Source of the DNA: Candidatus Saccharimonadales bacterium
GTDB lineage: Bacteria; Patescibacteriota; Saccharimonadia; Saccharimonadales; JBBQAJ01
Reading direction: 5' to 3'
NCBI GenBank assembly: GCA_038316195.1
Contig: JBBQAJ010000001.1
Coordinates: forward strand, 27,680-91,679
DNA: 64,000 nucleotides
The position numbers were made by a program, and so were the translations under genes. Of this stretch, positions 39,062 to 48,859 are shown one piece after another (the stretch's first letter is position 1; the number at the start of each line of letters is the position of its first letter). The notes beneath the pieces are model-generated. The model was not told the origin of the DNA and made no database searches. It saw only the letters and a program-made list of their open reading frames with translations.

Positions 39062-40505
39062 TTAATTTTTTTATAAGTTCTTGTGCAAGTGATGGATTCG
39101 CTTTCCCTTGGCTAACCTTCATTACTTGTCCAACTAAATACCCTATGGCTTTTTGTTCACCGTTTTTTACGTCTGTTGCTGCTTGTGGATTGTCATTTAA
39201 TACTTGCTTTACTATTTTTGATATTTCTCCTTCATCAGAAACTTGAAGTACATTTTTTTGCTTGGCTATTTCTAGTGGTGGTTTACCACTTTTAATTAGT
39301 TCTAACAAAATTATTTTTGCACCCGTCGAACTGACTTTTTTGTCTGCCGTTAATTGGGCCAATTCAACCAATTTCTCTGCATCCAGTTTTAAATCTTCCC
39401 ATTCAGTATCACTTTCTGACAATTGGGCCTGAACGTCTGATACTAACCAGTTTGCAATCCTCTTGACGAGCTGGCTGTCACAACCTGTATCAAGTAGGTC
39501 GTAAATTAGCTTTCCAGCCGGCATTTCATCAATCAAAGTGTTGACAGATGATTCATCTAATACCAATACAGAAAAGGCACTTCTAAGTTCTGCAGGTAAA
39601 GGTGGCATAATGGATTTTATACCTTCGATAGCGACATCTGTTAATTCAACAGGTGGCAAGTCAGGCTCTGGGAAGTACCTATAATCATGTGAATCTTCTT
39701 TACTTCGTTGGCTAAAAGTTTTTTGCTTTGCATCATCCCAACCACGTGTTTCCTGTGCTACTTTTCCACCTGTTTCAAGTAATTCTATTTGACGCATAGT
39801 TTCAAAATCGACTGCTTTTTCTACACTTTTGAACGAATTTAGATTTTTTGTTTCACTACGTGTACCAAGCTTATTTGACTTGCTAACACTGACATTTACA
39901 TCAAATCGCATATTCCCATAGAACAGATTTGCATCAGAAACATCTGCATATCTCATCAGTAAATACAATTCCTTGGCATATGCTTTGGCTTCTTGCCCAG
40001 AATGCATTTCAGGTTCAGAAACTATTTCTAGGAGGGGTGTGCCAGCCCTATTTAAGTCAACTAAACTATAATCTTTCCCAGCTGGGTGAGTGCTTTTTCC
40101 AGCATCTTCTTCCAAATGTGCCCTAGTTATGTTTACACGCTTTGTTTTGCCGTCAATAGAAATATCGACATGACCACCAATAACTATTGGTTCATCAAAC
40201 TGGGTAATTTGATAGCCTTTGGGCAAGTCTGGATAGAAGTAATGTTTGCGATCAAACTTGCTAAATTTTTGTGGTGATACTCCCAATGCAAAAGCGGCCT
40301 TCATGGCAAGTTCAATTGCCCGTTCGTTCAAAACAGGTAGCGCACCAGGCATGCCCATGTCAATATGACTAATGAGTGTATTCGGTTCGGCATTTCGGGC
40401 ATCATTACCCACCGCAGAAAATAGCTTTGTCTTAGACTTAAGCTGTACATGGCATTCTATTCCTACCGTAGTAGTATACTTTTCTAATATGTGTTTATTT
40501 ATCAT
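39051..40505 (-). CDS. gatB: Asp/Glu-tRNA amidotransferase subunit B
   Basis: TTTVGIECHVQLKSKTKLFS N-terminus, and a C-terminal GatB/YqeY domain. Confidence 0.9.
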   Translation of the reverse strand: MINKHILEKYTTTVGIECHVQLKSKTKLFSAVGNDARNAEPNTLISHIDMGMPGALPVLNERAIELAMKAAFALGVSPQKFSKFDRKHYFYPDLPKGYQITQFDEPIVIGGHVDISIDGKTKRVNITRAHLEEDAGKSTHPAGKDYSLVDLNRAGTPLLEIVSEPEMHSGQEAKAYAKELYLLMRYADVSDANLFYGNMRFDVNVSVSKSNKLGTRSETKNLNSFKSVEKAVDFETMRQIELLETGGKVAQETRGWDDAKQKTFSQRSKEDSHDYRYFPEPDLPPVELTDVAIEGIKSIMPPLPAELRSAFSVLVLDESSVNTLIDEMPAGKLIYDLLDTGCDSQLVKRIANWLVSDVQAQLSESDTEWEDLKLDAEKLVELAQLTADKKVSSTGAKIILLELIKSGKPPLEIAKQKNVLQVSDEGEISKIVKQVLNDNPQAATDVKNGEQKAIGYLVGQVMKVSQGKANPSLAQELIKKLIKL

Positions 40506-40881
40506 TGTTAATCTCTTTATTTGACGGTAATGCGCCTAAATCTTTAAGGGCTTCCCTAAAACTAATAAGTGCTTCTTTGACATCTGATTCTTTGAGTCTA
40601 AGGGTTGCATCTGCAGTAAGTTTTTTTACTAAATTATGTGCGTCCCATATATCATCGTTATCCGTTATATAGCGCTGTGCTTTTACTAAACGTTCGCCCA
40701 AGGTCTTACCTTTGAACCTACGTTTTTTCAGAGCTTTGTTCAACAGTGCGTCTGCGTTTTTTAAAGCCTCTGGCCAAGTAGCCTTGTCTTTACACAAATA
40801 TTGCAAGTCTTTCCATTCTTCAATGAATTTTGATGTTCTATTTATACGTTTTTTTGGACCTCGAAATGGGATAAGTTTCAT
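40495..40881 (-). CDS. Hypothetical 128-aa basic alpha-helical protein embedded in gatCAB operon
   Basis: Its ATG overlaps the gatA TGA (ATGA). Its stop overlaps the gatB start by 11 nt. Lys/Arg-rich, with no TM. Confidence 0.5.
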   Translation of the reverse strand: MKLIPFRGPKKRINRTSKFIEEWKDLQYLCKDKATWPEALKNADALLNKALKKRRFKGKTLGERLVKAQRYITDNDDIWDAHNLVKKLTADATLRLKESDVKEALISFREALKDLGALPSNKEINNDK

Positions 40882-42302
40882 GCTAACAACTCCTCTGTTT
40901 TTTGTGCCAAACCAAGTAGTTTTCTATCTGAGTGTTGAGGTCCCATGAGCTGTACGCCTACAGGTAGACCATTACTTATACATCCAGGTACACTTATCGC
41001 TGGTATTCCTACCAAACTTGCCGCGACTGTCATAACGTCACTCAAATACATCTGAAGTGGATCACTTGTATTTTCGCCAATTTTGAATGCGGTAGAGGGA
41101 GCAACAGGTCCGATCAAAAAATTAACTTTTTTGAAAGCGTCCGTAAATTCTGCTATCAATTTTGTTCTAAGTTGTTGGGCTTTTATATAATATGCATCAT
41201 AATAGCCACTACTCAGAACGTAAGTACCTATCATGATCCTACGCTTGGCTTCAGTTCCAAAGCCTTCACTTCTAGACCAATTGTACGCGTCGTCTAAATT
41301 TTTTGCATCTGGACTAGAATAGCCATATCGTTGACCGTCATACCTACTTAAGTTGCTACTAACTTCTGCTGGCATGATAATGTAGTAACAGGCAAGTGAA
41401 AGTGCCAGACTTGGTAAACTAACCTCAACAACATCTGCTCCAGCTTTTTTTAATTTTTCTACTGATGAGATTATTTGTTTTTTTACATCAGGATCAACAC
41501 CTTCAGTCATATATTCTTTAATTAGGCCAATTTTTACGTCTTTGATATTTAAAGGTAGCTCTGTATAACTAGTTGAATCTCTGTCTATTGTCGTACTGTC
41601 GAGATTATCTTTGCCTGCTAATACATCTAGTACGAGCGCCAAATCTTCCACATTTCGAGTTATTGTACCGACTGTGTCGGTACTGCTAGCCATTGCAACT
41701 ATTCCAGAACGAGAAATAAGACCATAAGTTGGTTTGAACCCAACGCAACCAGACATGCTTGCAGGTTGGCGAGTTGAACCACCGGTGTCTGTCCCAAGTG
41801 CAAATGGAACCATGTCTAGTACTACAGATGCAACTGAGCCACCTGATGATCCACCAGGAACTCGAGTTTTGTCATGTGGATTCTTAGTAATTGCATAGTC
41901 ACTATTTTCGGTAGATGCACCATGACCAAAAGCGTCCATGTTTGCCTTTGCAACGCAAATTGCACCCTCTGATTCTAGTTTTTCTATAGCTGTTGCTTGA
42001 TATGGTGCGTTGAATCCTTTGAGTATGTTGCTTGCAGCTGTAGTTTCTGAGCCAAATGTCAGGAAGTTATCTTTTGCTATGAATGGCACACCGGCTAATC
42101 TGCCGACACTTTGCCCTTTTGAGACCAATTCATCAATTTCATTTGCACGCTCGATTGCCCTGGTTTCTGTAGTTGACAGAATTGCATTGTATTCTTTTTT
42201 ATCATCAATAGTGGCCAATGATTTAGCCACAAGGTCTACTGCTTTTACCTTACCGGCCTCTACGTCGTTCGCAATAGCAAAAATACTTTTCCACTGACTC
42301 AC
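40878..42302 (-). CDS. gatA: Glutamyl-tRNA(Gln) amidotransferase subunit A
   Basis: Amidase signature GGSSGGSVASVV with a Ser-cisSer-Lys triad context. Confidence 0.9.
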   Translation of the reverse strand: MSQWKSIFAIANDVEAGKVKAVDLVAKSLATIDDKKEYNAILSTTETRAIERANEIDELVSKGQSVGRLAGVPFIAKDNFLTFGSETTAASNILKGFNAPYQATAIEKLESEGAICVAKANMDAFGHGASTENSDYAITKNPHDKTRVPGGSSGGSVASVVLDMVPFALGTDTGGSTRQPASMSGCVGFKPTYGLISRSGIVAMASSTDTVGTITRNVEDLALVLDVLAGKDNLDSTTIDRDSTSYTELPLNIKDVKIGLIKEYMTEGVDPDVKKQIISSVEKLKKAGADVVEVSLPSLALSLACYYIIMPAEVSSNLSRYDGQRYGYSSPDAKNLDDAYNWSRSEGFGTEAKRRIMIGTYVLSSGYYDAYYIKAQQLRTKLIAEFTDAFKKVNFLIGPVAPSTAFKIGENTSDPLQMYLSDVMTVAASLVGIPAISVPGCISNGLPVGVQLMGPQHSDRKLLGLAQKTEELLA

Positions 42303-42592
42303 GCTAACATCCTTCTCACTTTTAAATGACCATCTTGCACTGCTGGGGCGTTTTTAAGCAATTCATTGGGAGTAGCGCCATAATCAATTAGGTCATCTTT
42401 TCGTAAAACATTAGTCAGACCAGTGACTTGATTGGTGGGTTTTATTTTATTTAATTCAACAGACTGCAATTGTTCTACATAACCCAAAATAGCACTGATT
42501 TCAGTCGTAAATTGTTCGATTTCAATGTCAGATAAATGCAGTCTTGATAACTGAGCCAATTTTAATACGTCGTCGCGTGTGAGTTTTGCCAT
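42299..42592 (-). CDS. gatC: Asp/Glu-tRNA amidotransferase subunit C
   Basis: MAKLTRDDVLKLAQLSRLHLSDIEIEQF. 97 aa. Overlaps the gatA start by 4 nt. Confidence 0.85.
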   Translation of the reverse strand: MAKLTRDDVLKLAQLSRLHLSDIEIEQFTTEISAILGYVEQLQSVELNKIKPTNQVTGLTNVLRKDDLIDYGATPNELLKNAPAVQDGHLKVRRMLA

Positions 42593-42697
42593 TTCATACT
42601 ATTATAACAAAGGTCGTTCTAAAGTGCTTTACAAATACAATTTACAGGAATACGATAAGCATTAGTTCTATAATATTCGTTTGTTTAGGATACAAAA

Positions 42698-43663
42698 ATG
42701 CTAACTGATACTACATCGGTTAATAAAAATTCTGAAATCTGGAGGGCTATTGAAATGCCCCCTGAGCATTTTAATCCCTATGATATCGCCTTACCAGATG
42801 TTCCCACAGTTAAATTTCAAGGTACAGTCAGAGTTGGCAACAGTCCTTTGGATTGGAGTTTTGAAACTCAAGAGCATTTAGTTGATAATCCCCATGAAAT
42901 TTTTCCAGTTTTTTCTGGTTTTGGCGCCATAAAAGACTCCTCTAGCCCTTTTGCAAATGCAATGGCACAGTTGGAAATGGGCACATTGATTATAGAGCAG
43001 GTCAGAAAAGACGGTCGTTCAATTCGAGAGCGATTATTTGACCCTCATAAAATCCAAATTGAAGCTATGGGGATAGCCCTTGATGCGCTCCAACACGAAA
43101 CTGGTATTAAAATATCTGCTAATCCTAAGGGCACCAAACTAGTACCCATAGGCCACTCAATGGGTGGCGAGCCTGCACTGCGCTATGCCGAAGAACATCA
43201 TGAAGCCACTTCTGCAGTTATACTATTTGCAACAATTGGTTTTGGGTCACCAAACGTTTTGAGAATTTTATCCAAAGTTCCTCGTGGAATTGTACCGGCA
43301 ATCAAGGAAGAGTTTGTACCGTTCCTAAAATGTCCAGAAGTACCGAAAGAATTTCGAGTTGCAACTAAAGCTCTTGGTTATTTTGCAATTAATCCTGTAA
43401 GAACTGTAGGTGAAGCAGGTTCATGTTTGACATCCAAACAAGGCGATCGAAGCACAAATTTACGAAATATTGGAATACCGATCATTTACGGTCAGCCTGT
43501 ATATGATTTGTTAGTTCAAGGAATCGAGGGCGCTAAAGATTTTGTAAGTACAGTCAGCGAGATCCCTCGATCCGGACATATGATTTTACAAGCAAAACCA
43601 AGTAGAGCTGCCCACTGGGTAATGAGCGTGATGAACACTACAGAATTTGCTGAAGCAGCTTAA
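42698..43663 (+). CDS. Alpha/beta-hydrolase fold protein
   Basis: GHSMGG nucleophile elbow, with downstream Asp/His candidates. Confidence 0.6.
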   Translation: MLTDTTSVNKNSEIWRAIEMPPEHFNPYDIALPDVPTVKFQGTVRVGNSPLDWSFETQEHLVDNPHEIFPVFSGFGAIKDSSSPFANAMAQLEMGTLIIEQVRKDGRSIRERLFDPHKIQIEAMGIALDALQHETGIKISANPKGTKLVPIGHSMGGEPALRYAEEHHEATSAVILFATIGFGSPNVLRILSKVPRGIVPAIKEEFVPFLKCPEVPKEFRVATKALGYFAINPVRTVGEAGSCLTSKQGDRSTNLRNIGIPIIYGQPVYDLLVQGIEGAKDFVSTVSEIPRSGHMILQAKPSRAAHWVMSVMNTTEFAEAA

Positions 43664-43775
43664 TGCTTATCTCTAGACTATATATTTGTTCCCAAATGTG
43701 AGTATATTTCCACTGTACAGATGCCACGAATCGAAATAACTACAGACAGTGTAAGACACTAATTATGATTCTAAA

Positions 43776-44336
43776 TTAACCTAGATGCACATCATAAAGA
43801 AATAAACTATTTGGTAAATTATCAGATACCAACTTCAGAAGTGGCTCAACTGCCTCGACATTGTCTTCTACGATGCCAATATTAACAAATAACTCACGTT
43901 CTGGAAGTGTTATATCACAATCTGATGCTTCACATAATAAATCTTCCATCACACGGCGTTCACTCGCCACAAAAGCCTTACTTGATAATGTAAGTACCCC
44001 ACCCAACCACGTGACGCCGTTTTCAACCACAAACAAAGCAGATCCTGCAATATCGACTGACTTATATTTTCCGAGTTCATCCGATTCATCATTTTTATAA
44101 TCATCCAGTAGATCCTCGACTCTCTGTCTTTTGAGCCCTGGATACTCTTTCAGCAATGGTCTTATTTCGGAGCGTCTGACAAGCTCAAGTGCCGACATTC
44201 CAAGACTTGCATGCAATCCAATACCCATTCCTTCAGCGACATTTCCAAGATTACGTATAAATGACAGTTCATTATCTTTTGTTCTGTTTCCAACACCACG
44301 CTGAAAAGAAAAGGGACGTTCGCTCATAATTTGCAT
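43776..44336 (-). CDS. Hypothetical protein (186 aa)
   Basis: Complete ORF with no recognisable motifs. Followed by a 580-bp non-coding region. Confidence 0.4.
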   Translation of the reverse strand: MQIMSERPFSFQRGVGNRTKDNELSFIRNLGNVAEGMGIGLHASLGMSALELVRRSEIRPLLKEYPGLKRQRVEDLLDDYKNDESDELGKYKSVDIAGSALFVVENGVTWLGGVLTLSSKAFVASERRVMEDLLCEASDCDITLPERELFVNIGIVEDNVEAVEPLLKLVSDNLPNSLFLYDVHLG

Positions 44337-44574
44337 ATTTTACCACATAAATGCGTTCTATACTATAATGTTTTACTTGTTCCCAACTTACAATAGAATC
44401 GGAATCGAACACTTTTGTTACATATTTAGGCGTAAAGTACAGAAGTTAAATCGGCGATTACTCATGAAAAATGAAATACAAGGACTAAAACTTCTATTCA
44501 CGCTACGGTATGTTCAATTTTTCGAATATCTGTAATTTGTTTACTCGATGCAGTTAATTTCAGATAGGCTTAAG

Positions 44575-44624
44575 TTAGACACTGACCCTCAAACAGGGCG
44601 TACTAATGCAAATCTCTTACCAGA
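44575..44624. repeat. Degenerate direct repeat copy 1 (TTAGACACT...AATGCA...TTACCAGA), with a 21-nt hairpin-containing insert
   Basis: The same three blocks recur at 44867..44895 without the inserts. Confidence 0.35.
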
Positions 44625-44866
44625 CAGCAATAGTGTGTGAAAATTAACCATAAAAAAAGATGTTTCTGAAATACAGTTTCTAGACTTGTAATTTAGTTGG
44701 TAGCTGCAAGATTTCAAGGTTTTACTGATATTAGTGTAGGAGTGTAGTTGGCATTAGCACCCAAAGAAATTGAGAATAGAGCAGTCAATGAATTCCGACA
44801 TCAAATTTCAGTGAATTTGAAACTTAACTTGGCGTCAGTCACACCACATTAATATTGATCCAAGAC

Positions 44867-44895
44867 TTAGACACTAAAGCAAATGCATTACCAGA
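44867..44895. repeat. Degenerate direct repeat copy 2 (TTAGACACTaaagcaAATGCATTACCAGA)
   Basis: Matches copy 1, located 292 bp upstream of it. Confidence 0.35.
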
Positions 44896-44916
44896 ATTTT
44901 CATAAATATGTTAAAT

Positions 44917-46887
44917 CTACAATTTATTTTTAATATCGGAGATAATGTCCCTAAGTTCGGCGGCTTTTTCGAATTCTAGGTTTGCACTTGCTAGGTCCAT
45001 TTGGGAAGTCAAATCTCGTATAAGGTGGCCATATTCGTCTTTGGGGATTTTTTTCAGGTCTAGTTTTGGTTTTTTGTCGGCTTCTGAAATATCTGGTCGC
45101 ATACCTTTTTCAACGTTTTTAGTGATTCCTTCTGCTGTTATACTGTGTTTTTCGTTGTAATCTTCTTGAATTTTGCGTCGACGATTGGTCTCGTCTATTG
45201 TGCGCTTCATACTGCCAGTTATTTTGTCAGCGTACATAATAACTCTGCCATCAATATGTCTTGCAGCCCTTCCGACAGTTTGAACAAGTGCTTGTTCGCT
45301 TCTCAAAAATCCTTCTTTGTCGGCGTCCAAAATTGCTACTAGACTAACTTCTGGTAAATCTAGACCTTCTCTAAGTAAATTAATACCGACAACTACATCA
45401 TAAATACCCAACCGTAAATCCCTTAAAATATCTGTTCTGTCTAAAGTATCTACATCACTATGCAGATATGTGACTTTTATATTTAGGTCCTTTAGATAGT
45501 CGGTAAGATCTTCTGACATTCGTTTAGTAAGTGTCGTCACCAACACACGCTGGTGTTTATCGATTGTTTCTTTGATTTCATGTAACAAATCGTCAATCTG
45601 GCCATCAATTGGCCTAACATCTATTTTTGGATCAATTAGTCCTGTAGGTCGTATAACTTGCTGAACTGGTTTTGGACTTCTAGATAGTTCATATTCTGCG
45701 GGAGTAGCACTGACATATATAACTTTGTTGATATGTTTTTCAAACTCAGAAAAAGTTAAAGGTCTGTTGTCTAACGCACTTGGCATGCGAAATCCATGCT
45801 CTACAAGAACCTCCTTGCGAGCTCTATCGCCATTGTACATGCCCCTTACCTGAGGCAAACTCATATGCGATTCATCTACAAGTAACAGATAATCATCTGG
45901 AAAATAATCCATAAGAGTTGCTGGCTGCTCGCCTGGCTCTCTGTCAGTCAAATACCGACTATAGTTTTCTATACCCTTTACAAATCCGGTCTCCTGTAAC
46001 ATTTCTAGGTCAAAGTTGGTCCTTTGTTGCAATCGCTGAGCTTCTAGTAACAAGCCGTGTTTTTTAAAATATTTCAAACGATCATCTAGTTCGTTTTGGA
46101 TTTGTACCAAAGCACCTTTTAACTTTTCAGCTGGGGTAACGTAATGACTACTAGGAAATACTTTTAGACTTGTAAGAATATTTTCAATTTCTCCCGTAAG
46201 TGGGTTTATTTGTGTAATCCTTTCTACTTCGTCGCCGAACAACTCAACTCTATAGGCAACCTCTTCCCCGGCAGGGAATATATCTAGTACATCACCACGA
46301 ACTCGAAATGTTCCACGATGGAAATCTATGTCATTTCGCTGGTATTGTATATCTGTGAGTTGCCGAAGCAGTTTGTCTCGTATCCGTCGTTCGCCCTTTT
46401 TGATAACTACAGACAGGCTATCATAGTCCTCCACAGAACCAATCCCATATATACAACTAACACTTGCCACAATAATAACGTCTTTTCTAGAAAGCAGTGA
46501 ATCTGTTGCAGCATGACGCAATCTATCTATTTCTTCGTTTATCTGGCTATCTTTCTCTATATATGTATCACTTCTTGGTATATATGCTTCGGGCTGATAG
46601 TAGTCAAAATAGCTTACAAAATAATGAACCGCATTGTCTGGGAAAAAACTTTTGAATTCGTTGTATAACTGGGCAGCAAGAGTTTTGTTGTGGCTTAGCA
46701 CAAGAGTTGGTTTTTGCACATTTTGTATAACGTTTGCCATAGTAAACGTTTTTCCAGAACCGGTTACACCCAACAAAGTCTGTTCTTTGATGCCATTATT
46801 TAGCCCCTTTGTAAGTGCTGCTATAGCAGTTGGCTGATCACCTGCTGGCGAATAATAAGACTTTAGTTGGAACTTAGTCATCAACAC
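44917..46887 (-). CDS. uvrB: Excinuclease ABC subunit B
   Basis: YSPAGDQP N-terminus, Walker A GVTGSGKT, beta-hairpin, and a C-terminal UVR domain. Confidence 0.9.
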   Translation of the reverse strand: MLMTKFQLKSYYSPAGDQPTAIAALTKGLNNGIKEQTLLGVTGSGKTFTMANVIQNVQKPTLVLSHNKTLAAQLYNEFKSFFPDNAVHYFVSYFDYYQPEAYIPRSDTYIEKDSQINEEIDRLRHAATDSLLSRKDVIIVASVSCIYGIGSVEDYDSLSVVIKKGERRIRDKLLRQLTDIQYQRNDIDFHRGTFRVRGDVLDIFPAGEEVAYRVELFGDEVERITQINPLTGEIENILTSLKVFPSSHYVTPAEKLKGALVQIQNELDDRLKYFKKHGLLLEAQRLQQRTNFDLEMLQETGFVKGIENYSRYLTDREPGEQPATLMDYFPDDYLLLVDESHMSLPQVRGMYNGDRARKEVLVEHGFRMPSALDNRPLTFSEFEKHINKVIYVSATPAEYELSRSPKPVQQVIRPTGLIDPKIDVRPIDGQIDDLLHEIKETIDKHQRVLVTTLTKRMSEDLTDYLKDLNIKVTYLHSDVDTLDRTDILRDLRLGIYDVVVGINLLREGLDLPEVSLVAILDADKEGFLRSEQALVQTVGRAARHIDGRVIMYADKITGSMKRTIDETNRRRKIQEDYNEKHSITAEGITKNVEKGMRPDISEADKKPKLDLKKIPKDEYGHLIRDLTSQMDLASANLEFEKAAELRDIISDIKNKL

Positions 46888-46926
46888 ATTGTAGCAATTT
46901 TCTTCAACGATACGATAATATAGTTT

Positions 46927-47532
46927 TTAGCCTTGGTGGTGATGTTCGTTTCCCAAAAACCATTCGGCACTTAGGGCTTTCGTATTTATTTCTCTATATT
47001 CAACATCCAACATTTTAATTATTTTTTGGACCAGTCTTTCGGGGTTGTCATCAAAAATAACCATTTCTCTATTTATTGGCTCTAGACGTTCCATCAACTC
47101 TTCGATTATGTCTGCGGTACCACCACTCCCAGTCAGAACACCACATGGCATATGCGATTCAAGTGCAGTGGTAAATTCGTGTAAACTGCCAAATCTACCA
47201 CCCACTGTTATAATTGCATCGCTTGATTGGACTAAATGCACATCTCTTCCAACATAATGCATACCTGTAAAATTTATAAAATCGAATACTCCTATTGGCA
47301 GTCGATACTTAGCAACATGTTCTCTCAAGGATGAGGCAGGTGAAAAGCCTATGCTGATACCCCCAGCTTCTTTTGCTGCTTTTGCTGCATAGAATGGCAA
47401 ACCGACTGTTGCTCCGGTGGTTATCATGTGGCCTTGCTTAGCAATTTCAACCCCTAACCTTTCAGCTAATCCAGATGATGATTTCACTGTTTTTCCAGAA
47501 GCTGCACCGGATACGCATATGGCGTAATTCAT
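46927..47532 (-). CDS. LOG / TIGR00725-family Rossmann-fold protein
   Basis: GGRFGSLHEF resembles the GGYGTLEE LOG motif. PGG...G nucleotide-binding N-terminus. Confidence 0.55.
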   Translation of the reverse strand: MNYAICVSGAASGKTVKSSSGLAERLGVEIAKQGHMITTGATVGLPFYAAKAAKEAGGISIGFSPASSLREHVAKYRLPIGVFDFINFTGMHYVGRDVHLVQSSDAIITVGGRFGSLHEFTTALESHMPCGVLTGSGGTADIIEELMERLEPINREMVIFDDNPERLVQKIIKMLDVEYREINTKALSAEWFLGNEHHHQG

Positions 47533-48785
47533 ACTACAAAATCCATATCCATGGCAGTTTGCCGTTCTAGTGTCGATTGCTCGTCTAGTTGATACAAAAT
47601 TTGGTTTTCTAAAGACCTTTGGCCGAAATACCTAAAATATACTTCATTCCATAGACTTTCCTGCATATGGTAATTAACTCTGCCTTCGAAATTAAGCTTG
47701 TTTACCAAATTCATTGCCATGTCTGTCAGGCTAAAACTGATTGGCCCGTCAGGCTGTGGCAACCCTAGAAAATCCGTATCGTGCCAAAAATGAAGCGCTG
47801 GTTCAAGTCTGAATAACACATCCTCAGCTTTGCGATATGCCAAATCTTCTGGTTGAACATGTGGCTCAAACAACTCAGGGTGATTTAACTTATCTGTTGA
47901 ACCATAATACCTATGTATAACTCGCCAATGTACAGGGTGACCAGCAATTGAAACATGGTCTTGTTTTTGATTCAAAACATGCTCGATAAGCAGTTTACTA
48001 AAATCTGGTCGCATATGATGAAATTTACAGTATGTGCTAAATGCTCTTATTTCATTTATGTAGTGTAATGTTAGTAAGATACTAACCAAAGTAAGTCCTC
48101 TTGGCTTATTTATTTGTACCGGGAGTAGTATCACAACTCCAGCTTCTGGCGAATGTACGATGCTGTTATGTTTAGCACCTCCGAGTGCTTTGCCCACTTT
48201 TTCCCATCGTTTGTCCGATAAGTGAACAACTTCTATGTCACGAACTTCAAAATCGTTTGGCCGAAGTTTTTTATACGAATTTACAAACTTCTCCTGCCAT
48301 TGGGTTGGTTCAGTATGTCGTGCTATAGTAACTAAAATTGAAGCAGGTTCTCTTCTAAGTAATGAATCCACAGATCGATAATTTAGTTGCTTCATGAGTA
48401 ATTTTGGTGGGGTAGCTTTTAAAAGTCGTTTTGCCGCTGTGGATTTAAGAGCCCATGAGTGTTTTGGATATTTTATGTGGTTTATGATTTTTACAACAGC
48501 ATTTGAAATCTGACCTGTGTCGTTTGGATCATCAATATCTAGGCGCTTAACCAAAAACTCATCGTGTAAAGATGTCAAACTAAGTAGTGCATGATATAGC
48601 TCATGGGGAGTTGTGTCGTTAGGATCAAGACCCAATTCGCGAATTTTCATATGTAAACGACCATATATTTCTCCGGTAAGTCTCAAATCAATTCCAGGAG
48701 CTCCAGAATGCAATTCCATACGCGCAAACATGTCTCGAACTAAGCGATTGTCTGCCCCCACCAGTTCTGCTACCAATTTACACAA
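47529..48785 (-). CDS. Hypothetical soluble protein (418 aa), orphan
   Basis: Complete ORF whose stop overlaps the LOG-family gene start by 4 nt. His/Arg/Trp-rich, with no TM. Confidence 0.45.
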   Translation of the reverse strand: MCKLVAELVGADNRLVRDMFARMELHSGAPGIDLRLTGEIYGRLHMKIRELGLDPNDTTPHELYHALLSLTSLHDEFLVKRLDIDDPNDTGQISNAVVKIINHIKYPKHSWALKSTAAKRLLKATPPKLLMKQLNYRSVDSLLRREPASILVTIARHTEPTQWQEKFVNSYKKLRPNDFEVRDIEVVHLSDKRWEKVGKALGGAKHNSIVHSPEAGVVILLPVQINKPRGLTLVSILLTLHYINEIRAFSTYCKFHHMRPDFSKLLIEHVLNQKQDHVSIAGHPVHWRVIHRYYGSTDKLNHPELFEPHVQPEDLAYRKAEDVLFRLEPALHFWHDTDFLGLPQPDGPISFSLTDMAMNLVNKLNFEGRVNYHMQESLWNEVYFRYFGQRSLENQILYQLDEQSTLERQTAMDMDFVV

Positions 48786-48859
48786 TGTTTTGCTTATCCT
48801 TTGTTGATTACCATAAGCATATCATCAGAGGTTAAATGAGTAAAGTTGCTGGGGCTATT

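Noticed and set aside
44575-44895. CRISPR array
   Set aside because: Only two degenerate copies of a composite motif with unequal spacing are present. There are no regular repeat-spacer units and no cas genes in the window.
44337-44916. tmRNA, RNase P RNA or SRP RNA in the long non-coding gap
   Set aside because: Looked for hallmark strings: the tmRNA 3' tRNA-like GGTTCGA...CCACCA end, the RNase P AGGAAAGTCCGGGC / P4 motif, and the SRP domain IV. None is present. The region is left as an unassigned candidate ncRNA.
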